Assembly: GCF_963662935.2 (NCBI RefSeq)
Contig: NZ_CAXXTL010000001.1
Span: 525,056 to 589,055 of the forward strand
DNA from: an uncultured Desulfobulbus sp.
GTDB taxonomy: Bacteria; Desulfobacterota; Desulfobulbia; Desulfobulbales; Desulfobulbaceae
Direction: 5' to 3'
Length of the DNA stretch: 64,000 nt
A model generated the notes under the pieces. That model searched no databases and had not been told where the DNA came from. It saw only the letters and a program-made list of their open reading frames with translations. Positions 49,791-59,747 of the stretch are shown piece after piece (the stretch's first letter is position 1; every line of letters begins with the position of its first letter). A program made the translations under genes and the position numbers.

Positions 49791-50623
49791 TCGCTATGGG
49801 ACATCCTGAAGTTTCTGTTCAGCGTTGCTGCCAGCTTTTCGGACTGCCTCGTTCCAACTATTACCGCGGCCTTGGCTTCGGTCTACGTGTTGGTGATTTG
49901 GAACTGATGGCCCGGATAGACAAACTCTATATTGAGCACCCCTGGATGGGGAGCCGTTCCTTTGCTGATCACCTCACAACTCCCGAACTCGTGGTGGGAA
50001 GAGGTCGTGTCCGTCGCTTAATGCGGGTCATGGGCATCGAGTCTTTAGCTCCCAAGCCGGGCACCAGCAGGCGACAGCCGAAGCATCCGGTCTATCCCTA
50101 TCTGCTCCGGGGAGTGACCATTGACAGGCCCGATCAGGTGTGGGCGACTGACATCACCTACATCCCTATGGCTCGGGGTTTCATGTACCTGATCGCGATC
50201 ATGGATTGGGCCACCAGAAAGGTTCTCGCCTGGCGACTATCCAACACTCTGGACACCAGATTTTGCGTTGAGGCTTTGAAAGAGGCTCTCTTTAAATATG
50301 GCGCTCCTGAGATATTCAATACTGATCAGGGGTGCCAATTCACCAGCGAAGCGTTCACCTCAGTCCTCAAGGCCTGGAACGTCAAAATCAGCATGGACGG
50401 CAAAGGACGATTCAAGGACAATATCTTTATCGAGCGACTTTGGCGCACCCTGAAATACGAAAGGATCTACCTGAAGTCATACGAAACGGGAACTGAGCTT
50501 GTCAAGGATCTGACTTCCTGGTTCGGCTGGTATAATGAGAAAAGAAAACATTCGTCACTTGACAAGCAGACTCCAAATGAGGCTTATTCAAAACGAATCG
50601 AACAATTGAGCAAGGCAGCCTGA
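49787..50623 (+). CDS. IS3 OrfB DDE transposase
   Basis: WATDITY, NTDQGCQF and DNIFIERLWRTLKYE. Confidence 0.95.
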   Translation: MIAMGHPEVSVQRCCQLFGLPRSNYYRGLGFGLRVGDLELMARIDKLYIEHPWMGSRSFADHLTTPELVVGRGRVRRLMRVMGIESLAPKPGTSRRQPKHPVYPYLLRGVTIDRPDQVWATDITYIPMARGFMYLIAIMDWATRKVLAWRLSNTLDTRFCVEALKEALFKYGAPEIFNTDQGCQFTSEAFTSVLKAWNVKISMDGKGRFKDNIFIERLWRTLKYERIYLKSYETGTELVKDLTSWFGWYNEKRKHSSLDKQTPNEAYSKRIEQLSKAA

Positions 50624-50698
50624 GGCCTGTAACTGTATAATAAAAGCAACATTGCTTATTTCACACCTCAGGATGTCTCACAAACCCCGACCACCTCA

Positions 50699-51450
50699 TC
50701 AGGGAACGCGGACAGCAGCCTGTTGGCAAAAGCCTCGCCGTTGTCGAGCAATCCTTCAAAGGCCAGAGCCTGTGAAATGGGACCGTCGTAAAAGAACAGG
50801 CTCATGGACCGGCCTGATGGGAGCGAGACCCTATAAGCCATGCCGGGGTCGATTTTTCCCCCACGCACATCGTGCCATTCTTTTCCTTCAAGGGGGCGAA
50901 CCTGCTGCGCCTGACTGGGAGAAAGGATCGCAAAGGCAATTTCGTACTGGGCCAGAACGTCCAGGGAGGCGAGATCAACTGCTGTCTCCGGGAGCCACAA
51001 CCCTTCGGGCTTCCGTCCAAAGCGGTATTCGAAATCCTTCATTCCCCAGATAATTTGGGTTTGCTTGTCACGGGTGTTTGCCAGCGGCAGGATCATATGA
51101 TTGTAGGCTTGGGCCAATGCCGATCCGTGACCTGAGAATTTTTCCATGCTCTGCCTGTCAGCCTCACGAATGGCCTCGTAAACGTCGATGGCAAACTTCT
51201 CCATCCAGAGCAAAACCGTAGGGCCGAAATTGAAGCTTATACTGGCGTAATTGTTGACCAGTTGGGCGATTCGTCCTTTGGTGTCCCAGATTCTTGACAC
51301 AGCGTTGGCAGCGTAGCATTCGGCCGTAATTCGCTCGTTCCAGTCGTGGTATGGAAACGCTGAATCTTGGATTTCAATGGCCTCCAACCAGGGGCTTTCC
51401 CGGGGTGGTTGATAGAAATGTCCGTGAATACAAACAAATCGGTTATTCAT
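50699..51450 (-). pseudogene. GH57/DUF3536 glycoside hydrolase, N-terminal part truncated by IS3
   Basis: HGHFYQPPRE, NFGPT, YNHMILPL and WLPETA; the reading runs into the IS end. Confidence 0.88.
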
Positions 51451-51674
51451 GTCGACTCCATTTTACGAATGCTCAAAAGGATGTCACTCTGTTCATTTCG
51501 AACAATTCGGAATTGAAGAAAGTTCCACCGGATACAACAGACTTGGCCCAATCCCCAACACTTGGGGACTGGCAAGCCGGAATGACTAAAAGATGTGAGT
51601 GTTCATGTGCATGAATTATTAGCCTTTTCATGCCGAAATCTCTCTTCCCTCCATTGAATTTATGGTAGTGCCTT

Positions 51675-51866
51675 TCATTTTCCAATACGAATAGCTGAAA
51701 TGTCTCCGATAAGTCCGAACACACTTAAGAGCCAGATAATCACTGCAATAATAACAACAGCATTGAGAATCTTTTTAATAGTGGACTGCATCGGAATGTA
51801 GCTGTTGATTACCCAGAGGATCACTCCAACAACGACCAAAATAATGACTAATTGTATTAACGGCAT
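51675..51866 (-). CDS. Small two-TM membrane protein
   Basis: AAGGAGA RBS; VILWVINSYIPM..TIKKILNAVV hydrophobic hairpin. Confidence 0.8.
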   Translation of the reverse strand: MPLIQLVIILVVVGVILWVINSYIPMQSTIKKILNAVVIIAVIIWLLSVFGLIGDISAIRIGK

Positions 51867-51992
51867 AGCATGTCTCCTTGTTAGTTGAGTTTTGAGCCTT
51901 GGTTAAGGGCCCAAGCGGGTACAATCCAAATTACTTCTCACCATGTGCTTGCTTTCTTTTCGTGTAGCGTTAGAGAGTTGAGGCCCAGGGAT

Positions 51993-52922
51993 TCACTGCA
52001 GGGCCGCTCCGATCCGAGCTTGGAGAGCTACTTGATGACTATGTTCTGATGTCTTAATAAGGAGATACTCCTTCTTCTCGAGATCGAAGAGTTGTTTTCT
52101 GCACGCAATTGTCAAATTATACCAATCGTTTATTCTCATGTTGAAACGGTTTGCTTCAGGGTAGTGCAACGTATTCATAAAGGATTGGATCGCGAAATAG
52201 TATCGGGCGGCACTCCGTTCGATCGCGCCGCGCGGTCCACCAATATAAACGGGATCGCCATCAGTGTTGATTCCGGTCACTGTGAATCCGACCTTGTCCC
52301 GCCCAAAGGTTGCAAAATAGAATTTTGCCACGAGGCGAAGCGCCTTACTATCGCTGAATGCATAACGGACATGGACAAAAGTCCTTCCCCCGTCGAGGGG
52401 CAAAGCCTCGAATCTCATACTGTGGTTCTTGGTTCCGTAAGGGCCTTGATCAGCAAAAATGACGACATCCAGATATCCCTGCTGCCGCTCAACCTCCCGG
52501 TAATGCCAGATGATTTGGTGCGTATCTTCCAGTGGTTGATTGTCTTTTCGACCGAGGTAAAAGGTGAGCAGCCATTTCCCGGCTCGTTCCTTGTAGGTGC
52601 ATGCTTTGACGTTGGGGTGAAGGGAGGCGATGTCACACCAGTTTTCGGGTACATCAAGCACCTTGGCAACGATGTCGAAGGGGTAATCGAAGATTCCATA
52701 GACATCCACCTGCATCCTGTTGTCTTGTTCAACCGACTCGAGGTAAAGAGGACGACCGAAGTTGCTGGTCTCCAATTTGGTCACATTTCTGTAATAGGTG
52801 TCGAGCAAGATGATTTCACTTTGACCAGGACTCTCGGCCGCAAGAGCGAAACCAGCAAGGTACAGAATCGCCACGGCAACCGGAAATAGGAGTAATTTTA
52901 GGGGAATCTTGATCGTCTTCAT
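51993..52922 (-). CDS. Exported hypothetical protein
   Basis: Signal peptide; 309 aa; downstream of cls on the same strand. Confidence 0.7.
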   Translation of the reverse strand: MKTIKIPLKLLLFPVAVAILYLAGFALAAESPGQSEIILLDTYYRNVTKLETSNFGRPLYLESVEQDNRMQVDVYGIFDYPFDIVAKVLDVPENWCDIASLHPNVKACTYKERAGKWLLTFYLGRKDNQPLEDTHQIIWHYREVERQQGYLDVVIFADQGPYGTKNHSMRFEALPLDGGRTFVHVRYAFSDSKALRLVAKFYFATFGRDKVGFTVTGINTDGDPVYIGGPRGAIERSAARYYFAIQSFMNTLHYPEANRFNMRINDWYNLTIACRKQLFDLEKKEYLLIKTSEHSHQVALQARIGAALQ

Positions 52923-52971
52923 CCGACTTTCTTTAAATATTTATAATAATAACAATGCAATGCGAGAGAAT

Positions 52972-54360
52972 TTACATCCATTGTTCAAATAAATGTGCAA
53001 ACGATTCTTTGACCCTTTGCGATAAAGGTCTTCTCTCCCATTTGTCCCGCAGAATCTGGTCGGATTCCGCGAGATCCTCGGCAAAGAGCTTTTCCATCTC
53101 GACGGCAAACTCGCGACTGAGGACTAGAGCGTTGACTTCGTCATCGCTTAAAAGGCTCCAGTAGTCGAGGTTGGTGGAACCAACGGTCGACCAAACCCCG
53201 TCAATGACTGCTGTTTTCGCATGAAGTATGGCGTTACGACGTTCATATATCTTCACCCCAGCCTGCAACAGCGCGGAATAATTATACCGGGCGGCGTTTA
53301 TAGCCATGGAGGAATCGGTGGTTGAAGGGAGGATGATCTTGACGTCAACACCGCGCCTGGCTGCGTCAGTGAAAGCGTCCAGTATCTGGTCGTCGGGGAT
53401 AAAATAGGCATTGGTCAGGTGGATCGAATGTTCTGCAAACGTTATGGCAGAGACATAAACGACAAACGTTATTCTGTTGTCTTGGCCCGGTGTGCTGCCG
53501 ACGATCCGCACCAGGGCACTCCCCGCTTCCTTCAGGTCAGGGAAATAATTGCGTGCAGAAGTCTCTGGGCCGTTCTGCTTCTGCCAGGTATCAAGAAACA
53601 ATTTTTGGCATTCAGCCACTGCCGGGCCTTCAATTTGGACATCGGTGTCGCGCCAGGGCAGCAACGATCCTTTGACTCTGCTGCCGGAAAGACTGCTTGA
53701 ATACACCGAACTGATGTTGATTCCTCCGGCAATGGCGACTTTGCCATCGATAATCAGCATTTTGCGGTGGTCCGGGTTCTTTATAAGCCAGTGACCATGG
53801 GTCTTCATCGGATTGATTGGGTTGAATTCGACAACTTGAATGCCCTCGCTCCGCAAGCGCTGAAAAAAGGCGGTTGGGGTATTTAAGCTGCCGACGCTGT
53901 CATAGATAAGACGTACCTGGACGCCTTCTGCCTGTTTTTGCAGCAACAGATCGGCGAAGGTGCGGCCCACTGCATCGTCTTCAATGATATAGGTTTCAAG
54001 ATTGATATGATCTTTGGCCCGCTGAATGGCTTGCAACATTGCAGCATAGGCCGCCTGGCCATTGGCGAGCAAAGTGACTTTGTTCCCTTTGGTCAGTGGA
54101 CTTTCGGTAACCGATTCCACTACGGCAGCATGGCGTTCCAGGATGTCCGTAGGATTGACCGACTTCTTCAGCCGTTCCATGATAGTTTTGCTATTTTGAG
54201 GAGAGAGTATCCCTTTGGCTGTTGCGATTTGTGGAGATTGCCGGGTCGTTGGCGCCTCATCAATAACTTTGGAAACATTCGGCAAGGTCGCACAGCCACT
54301 ATCGAGGCTCACGACGCCAATTAACAAAAGAATCAGGAAGTATGCATTGATGGTTTTCAT
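52972..54360 (-). CDS. cls: Cardiolipin synthase (phospholipase D family)
   Basis: Two HKD motifs, HRKMLIID and HAKTAVID; GSTN; lipoprotein-like N-terminus. Confidence 0.9.
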   Translation of the reverse strand: MKTINAYFLILLLIGVVSLDSGCATLPNVSKVIDEAPTTRQSPQIATAKGILSPQNSKTIMERLKKSVNPTDILERHAAVVESVTESPLTKGNKVTLLANGQAAYAAMLQAIQRAKDHINLETYIIEDDAVGRTFADLLLQKQAEGVQVRLIYDSVGSLNTPTAFFQRLRSEGIQVVEFNPINPMKTHGHWLIKNPDHRKMLIIDGKVAIAGGINISSVYSSSLSGSRVKGSLLPWRDTDVQIEGPAVAECQKLFLDTWQKQNGPETSARNYFPDLKEAGSALVRIVGSTPGQDNRITFVVYVSAITFAEHSIHLTNAYFIPDDQILDAFTDAARRGVDVKIILPSTTDSSMAINAARYNYSALLQAGVKIYERRNAILHAKTAVIDGVWSTVGSTNLDYWSLLSDDEVNALVLSREFAVEMEKLFAEDLAESDQILRDKWERRPLSQRVKESFAHLFEQWM

Positions 54361-54522
54361 GCCTTGATGATGCCTCTGCGGCCATTGGAATGCCGATACC
54401 TATCTCTTGTGCCTCTGCGAAAAGTCAAAAAATGCTCATCTCGGCAGGCGTGAGAGAACTCTTGCAAAGAGGAATCGTCTAAAAATATATTCTTTTTGTC
54501 GACTGCTTTGGTTCCCCTTCCG

Positions 54523-55347
54523 TTAACCCTGGAGGCCGCCAGCGGCGATTGATTCAGGTGGTGAAGGCTTGGCGCTCAGCTTGTATCCGGTCCACTGTTC
54601 CTGGAATGACATGGGTAAGTAACAGGGCTTGTGGGTTTTATCTGGTGAGATTCGATTCATCTCGAATTCAAGAGAGAGGTTTGTTTGCCGGTTGCCGATG
54701 GTTACGGAGGCGACCGGCTGTTTGCTGGCAGCGAGGATCCAGAGTAGGCCCTCTCCGCTTGGGCATGAAGCCGAAGGCGGCGAACTGTGCGAGACGTAGC
54801 TTGACCTGTTCGTGATGGCCTGCAACTCCTTGGCAGAGAGTTTGGTATACCGGTCACTGCACAGGATCACGGCCCCGTATCGTTCCTTGAGCATTGGATG
54901 AGAGAAAAGGGCACGCAATTGCAGCAGTTGCGATTGTTTTGATCCGCAAAGTTGCAGATTGAGGACCAATATTGAGGCACCTTTTTGGCGGACAAGTGCG
55001 AACTGGACGATTTCCTTCACTCCTTCCGACTCTCCGGCTCTCTGAAAACTACCGCTGTTAAGTGTCCATATCCCGGCTCCGGTCAGGATGGCAAGGCCAC
55101 CGGCATCATACGCTTTTTGATTCTTTTCGTTTTGCCGAGAGTGGCTTGCAGCGTAACAGCTGCAGCTCATCGATAACGATTTCGAAATGATTTGGGCTTC
55201 GTCCGCACCGTTGTCCATTGCGCGCCGGATGTTTTGACAACACAGGATATCGATTTCAGCCAAGCGTAATTGTTCGATGCGTTCTTGCCGATGAGCGCTT
55301 GAAGTACCTTGTTCATTGCTGTTGTTCAGTGTTGCAACTCTGATCAT
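54523..55347 (-). CDS. Endonuclease/exonuclease/phosphatase-fold protein, apparently degenerate
   Basis: IRVATLN, DILCCQN and GLAILT; the catalytic E, GDFN and SDH motifs look substituted. Confidence 0.55.
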   Translation of the reverse strand: MIRVATLNNSNEQGTSSAHRQERIEQLRLAEIDILCCQNIRRAMDNGADEAQIISKSLSMSCSCYAASHSRQNEKNQKAYDAGGLAILTGAGIWTLNSGSFQRAGESEGVKEIVQFALVRQKGASILVLNLQLCGSKQSQLLQLRALFSHPMLKERYGAVILCSDRYTKLSAKELQAITNRSSYVSHSSPPSASCPSGEGLLWILAASKQPVASVTIGNRQTNLSLEFEMNRISPDKTHKPCYLPMSFQEQWTGYKLSAKPSPPESIAAGGLQG

Positions 55348-55413
55348 AATTTCTCGGTCTCCAAGAACGATGCGGTTTTTTCAGAGTGATGTCCATTACT
55401 CCCCAAAGATGAC

Positions 55414-55440
55414 ATCCTGCAGGGAATGCCCTGCAGGATA
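55414..55440 (-). terminator. Hairpin downstream of small secreted protein gene
   Basis: ATCCTGCAGGG-AATG-CCCTGCAGGAT inverted repeat; no clear U tract. Confidence 0.45.
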
Positions 55441-55461
55441 CCGGCTTCGGTATTGTCCCGA

Positions 55462-55872
55462 TTAATATTTGGTTTCAGTGGTTGTTGAGGTGCGGGTCCG
55501 TTTCTCTTGCATGCCAGGTTGTTCGGTTGTCGTTGTGGTGGTTTTCCGAACCACTACCTTGTCAGCGATCATGCGATCGCCTTCGCGGGTGTAGTATACC
55601 GTCACAGGCAGGCCGGATTTAACCGTTTCCACCGAGACGGGCGCACCGGTTTCGTCAACATAGGTTGTTCTTTTGGTGGAGCTGTAGTTCATCGGAGACG
55701 AACTGGTTTCTGTGCGAACCACTATGGTGTCGGGACTCATCTCGCTGATTGTGCCAGCGGTTTCCGTCGACTTGATCGTGTCGACGGTGGTCATGGTTTG
55801 CTGTTGGGCAAAGACCCCGCATGGCAAAACCAAAATGGTTAATGCAATGATGTATGATTTCAACGTGTTCAT
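55462..55872 (-). CDS. Small secreted Thr-rich beta-barrel-like protein
   Basis: Signal peptide ending VFA; GTISE...TTYVDETGAPVSVETVKSGLPVTVYY. Confidence 0.75.
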   Translation of the reverse strand: MNTLKSYIIALTILVLPCGVFAQQQTMTTVDTIKSTETAGTISEMSPDTIVVRTETSSSPMNYSSTKRTTYVDETGAPVSVETVKSGLPVTVYYTREGDRMIADKVVVRKTTTTTTEQPGMQEKRTRTSTTTETKY

Positions 55873-55977
55873 GATATTCTCCATTGTAAAAAATGTATGG
55901 TGCCCGCTGGAAGGCCTTTATGCTCTCTGCACCATCCCCAGCCTCCCTCCATGCTCCTGAGCTTGGCCCTTCGCCGT

Positions 55978-56174
55978 TTATCGACTTTCAGTTGTCGTGG
56001 TGGTGGTTTTCTTCTCTTGCATCACCGGATTTTCAATAGTCGTGCTCGTGCTGGTGCTCGATCTTCTCTCAATGACTTCTCCTGATTTTTGGTCTTTGGA
56101 AGAACAGCCCACCATGGTGGCGAACAGGACAAAAATAACGAGATACAACGGGGCAAAGAAATTTTTCTTGTTCA
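55978..56174 (-). CDS. Small Thr-rich lipoprotein
   Basis: GAGGA RBS, MNKKNFF...MVGC lipobox; the tail PVMQEKKTTTTTTE resembles that of the neighbouring gene. Confidence 0.65.
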
Positions 56175-57176
56175 TAACGGGTATCCTCTTTAGATGATTG
56201 TGGTGAAAAGCAATTCTCTCTACGAGAACCTTCTTGTCCATCACCTTTTACATTTCAATATTTACGCCAAGATGAGATCGATCAACCTCTTGTCTGCATC
56301 GATGTGATTTTTAAAGAAATTATGATCTGGATAAACATTCAGCAACTGGCATTAATAGCCGTGGGGAAAAGGTCATATATAACCTGTGGTCATATGTGAC
56401 CTTTTTAATCTTGTTGAGATGCTTGTTGAAAAGGAAAGGAATGAGGTTTTTGATTCCTGCAGCGCAAAGAGGCGGCGGCCTGCAGATTGCGATAGAGCAG
56501 GGCAGGGTGAATGATGAGACAGCGCCGCCTATCCAGAGCCTTTCTCAAACTTCTCATCTCCGGCATGGGGGGAGGCGGCAGTTTCAGCACGCTGAACGCA
56601 GGCTCTTTTCAATGGAGAGATAGCCGAGTACGCTTTAATTTCACGTGATATCAACATGTTGTTGTTTATGTTTTCCGTTTGGAATTGGGAAGAGAAGGCT
56701 CTTTCCTGGCCATCAGCACCCGGTTGAGTGCACGATAAAAGAGTTTTGTTCTGCAGAAGGCCTTGCACAAAATAATTTTTTTTATCCTGCTGGCCGCGTG
56801 CGTGGGGGGGGTGAAATTGACCTCAGGAACACCTGGTTGCCCCTCAAATTTTCGCAAAATTAGGATGTTCGATCAAGTTTTCACCTCTTGCGAATTTTTC
56901 ACCCAATTCCTAAATTATTTCAAATAATTCATCTCATACTCCTTGTTTGAAGCGTTTTTTTTCGCTTGATAAAGAAGAACCATTTTCTCATGGGCATCCA
57001 AGAAAACAAGGCTGCACTTGAAGGCGAATCTGCAAAATAGAGATGTTTCGATGCAACGATTATGTTGCGTTGTTACAGTCTTTTCCGACGATGTTTCATT
57101 CGGCGTTTCTATTGAAACCGCAGTATGTGTTCTATAATAAAGATAAAATTCGATTTGAAAAAACAATCGGTTAATC

Positions 57177-57191
57177 GGGCCCAGAGCTTGC
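57177..57191 (+). promoter_or_regulatory. Possible sigma-54 promoter
   Basis: GGGCCCA-GAGC-TTGC (GG-N10-GC) downstream of an AT-rich tract. Confidence 0.4.
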
Positions 57192-57568
57192 TATAACCTA
57201 ACTGAATGGTCGGCACTCTGTCGTTCCGTGCGTAATAGATTGCTCATGACGTCCCCCCTATTGGTCTATGAGGCCGATCAGGCGCATGCAAATGTAACAA
57301 CCGAACTGGTGAAAGAAAAAGACCGGTCGAGTGAAGGAGTTTTGGCATGACCAGTGAAGACAATCAACCAGAAGCGGCTTTGCCCCGCCATCGGAAAGGC
57401 AGGGTTCCGGGCCAATCAAGATGTGCCGATTATGTTCCAGGCTGCATATTGAAGAAAGAGACACAAAATGGCGATTTTTCAGGCAGTCTCGCCGAGGTCA
57501 GGTTTAAAAAACAACCACACAGGCAACATGTGAACATTTTAAACTTTTCTGAGAAGGGTGAACATCAG

Positions 57569-59071
57569 ATGATAGACGGTAAATCGAGGAGACCCGTCTT
57601 TGTTGAAGTTTTTTTCAACATCCTTGGTTCGATTCGCCAACCGCTCCTGGTGCTTGATTACGACTTGAATGTTGTCAAAGCCAATCGTCACTATTACCTG
57701 AAGTTTGTTAGTGAACCCACTGAGACCGAGGGGAAATCACTTTTTGAACTTGGGAGTCAATCATGGAATATCCCCAAATTGAAAGAATCGCTTGAGGCTG
57801 TCCTTCTTGACAATGCGGTGATGAATGACTTTGTCGTCGAGCAGGACTTTGAATGTATCGGCCGAAGAATTATGCACCTCAATGCCAGCCGGGTTTTATA
57901 TCGAAAATCGGCCGTCTCTCAACTCATCCTTTTGTCTATTGAGGATGTCACTGACAACGAATTGCATAAAAGAAATCTTGAAGAACTCGTTCAACAACGA
58001 ACAGTGGATTGTGTTTCCGCACAGGAAGAGGCGGATAAAAGACGACAAGCCGCTGAAGACGCCCTTGCAGAGATACAATCTCTCAAAGAACAGTTGGAAG
58101 CGGAACGGGCCTATCTCCAGGAAGAGATTAAACTCGAAAACAACCATGAGAGAATTGTCGGCCAAAGCGATGGCCTTAAATATGTGCTCTATAAGGTCGA
58201 GCAAATAGCCAGCAGCGATACCACGGTCCTCATCTTGGGCGAAACGGGAACCGGCAAGGAGTTGGTTGCCCGGGCCATTCACGACTTGAGCCTGCGTAAA
58301 AACAAGGCGCTGGTCAAGGTGAATTGCGCCGCATTGCCGGCAAACCTCATTGAGAGTGAATTGTTCGGTCATGAGAAAGGGGCCTTCACGGGTTCCCATG
58401 CCAAACACATCGGTCGTTTCGAGGTTGCAAACGGCGGCACCTTTTTTCTCGATGAAATCGGAGAGTTGCCCCTCGAACTCCAGGGGAAACTGCTCAGAGT
58501 GCTCCAGGATGGCGAATTTGAACGCTTGGGCAGCACCCATACTATCAAAGTTGACACCCGAATTATTGCCGCGACAAACCGCAACTTGGAAGAGGAAGTG
58601 CGTAAGGGTCGTTTTCGGGAAGATCTCTGGTACCGGTTGAATATTTTCCCGATCACCATGCCGCCGCTTCGGGATCGCCAGGACGACATCCCGCTTTTGG
58701 TGGAGTTTTACGTGGGAAAGATTGCCAAGCGGATGGGGAAAACCATTGAAGTCATTCCGACGGGGGTCATGGATGCTTTGCAACACTATCATTGGCCTGG
58801 AAATATTCGGGAGCTAGAAAACGTCCTCGAACGTGCGGTGATCAACTCATCGGGTCCTAAACTGCGCCTGGCTGATGAACTCAAAAAACCATCTAAGGAG
58901 TTATGTACAATTTCCAAAACCTTGGCTGCGGTTGAGCGGGATTACATTCTGCAAGTGCTGGAGCAGACCAGGTGGAAAATAAGCGGAAAAAGCAGTGCCG
59001 CTGAAATCCTCGGCCTTGACCGTAGCACCCTACGTGCCCGAATGAGCAAACTCAATATCCAGAAATTTTAA
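57569..59071 (+). CDS. PAS-AAA+-Fis HTH sigma-54 enhancer-binding protein
   Basis: GETGTGKEL, ESELFGHEKGAFTGS, FLDEIGE, FREDLWYRL, WPGNIREL and an HTH; start uncertain (57347 is an alternative). Confidence 0.93.
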   Translation: MIDGKSRRPVFVEVFFNILGSIRQPLLVLDYDLNVVKANRHYYLKFVSEPTETEGKSLFELGSQSWNIPKLKESLEAVLLDNAVMNDFVVEQDFECIGRRIMHLNASRVLYRKSAVSQLILLSIEDVTDNELHKRNLEELVQQRTVDCVSAQEEADKRRQAAEDALAEIQSLKEQLEAERAYLQEEIKLENNHERIVGQSDGLKYVLYKVEQIASSDTTVLILGETGTGKELVARAIHDLSLRKNKALVKVNCAALPANLIESELFGHEKGAFTGSHAKHIGRFEVANGGTFFLDEIGELPLELQGKLLRVLQDGEFERLGSTHTIKVDTRIIAATNRNLEEEVRKGRFREDLWYRLNIFPITMPPLRDRQDDIPLLVEFYVGKIAKRMGKTIEVIPTGVMDALQHYHWPGNIRELENVLERAVINSSGPKLRLADELKKPSKELCTISKTLAAVERDYILQVLEQTRWKISGKSSAAEILGLDRSTLRARMSKLNIQKF

Positions 59072-59090
59072 TTTCATCTCTTGATCAACC

Positions 59091-59227
59091 TTGATGAACT
59101 CGTAAAAAAGGAAAACACTCGGTTGTGTCATTTCGAGCGTAGAGAGAAATCTCTAGAATTATTATGAGATTTCTCCTCGCTGTGCTCGTCGAAATTGACA
59201 GAATTCGACTTTTTGCGAAACCATCAA
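59091..59227. repeat. Nested palindromic element (MITE/REP-like)
   Basis: TTGATGAACTCGTAAAAA / TTTTTGCGAAACCATCAA, TGTCATTTCGAGC / GCTCGTCGAAATTGACA and GAGAAATCTC / GAGATTTCTC form one long imperfect hairpin. Confidence 0.75.
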
Positions 59228-59293
59228 CCTTTGTGACTTTCGAAAACTTGCATAGGGCAAGATTTCGATATTCAACCAACCTGGAGGATTAAA

Positions 59294-59668
59294 ATGAAAC
59301 GATTAATGGTCCTGCTGTACATGGTCGGGGTAGTTCTCTTTGCTACGCAGGCTTATTCCGCGGATAAAGAGGCTATCAGTAAAAATGTGGATGCAGTTGT
59401 TGCTGCCATTAATGGTGGCAAGGGCGCAGCAAGCTTTGCCCCTGATGCGTACACACCCTATGCTTTCATCATGGAAGCGGAAGGAAAACTCATAGTGCAT
59501 CCAACTTTGGCCGGGAAGGATCTGAAAGTCGAAGGTATGCCCATCTATGAGGCAGTAAAGGCTGCAACTCCTCAAGGAGGATGGGTTAAGTACGAATGAA
59601 AGGACAAAGAGAAAAACACCTACATTAAGAGGACGAGCAACAATCTTATTGTAGGGAGCGGATATTAA
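59294..59668 (+). pseudogene. Single Cache-domain periplasmic protein with internal TGA
   Basis: YAFIM...VHP.LAG...GGWVKYE*KDKEKNTYIKR...LIVGSGY*; the Cache tail continues in frame past TGA at 59597-59599. Confidence 0.75.
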
Positions 59669-59700
59669 ACGGTAAAAAATAGAATTGTTTTGCTTGTGGT

Positions 59701-59727
59701 GATTCCTTAGGGAATCCCTATTTTTTT
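59701..59727 (+). terminator. Possible intrinsic terminator between convergent genes
   Basis: GATTCC-TTAG-GGAATC followed shortly by a T tract. Confidence 0.5.
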
Positions 59728-59747
59728 GGGCCCTATGCCGCCCCGGC

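Larger units (their letters stand above)
49407..50698 (+). mobile_element. IS3-family insertion sequence
   Basis: Imperfect TIRs TGAAGAGGTGCCGATTATTGAGACA / TGTCTCACAAACCCCGACCACCTCA with TG...CA ends; orfA and orfB in 0/-1 frames. Confidence 0.93.
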
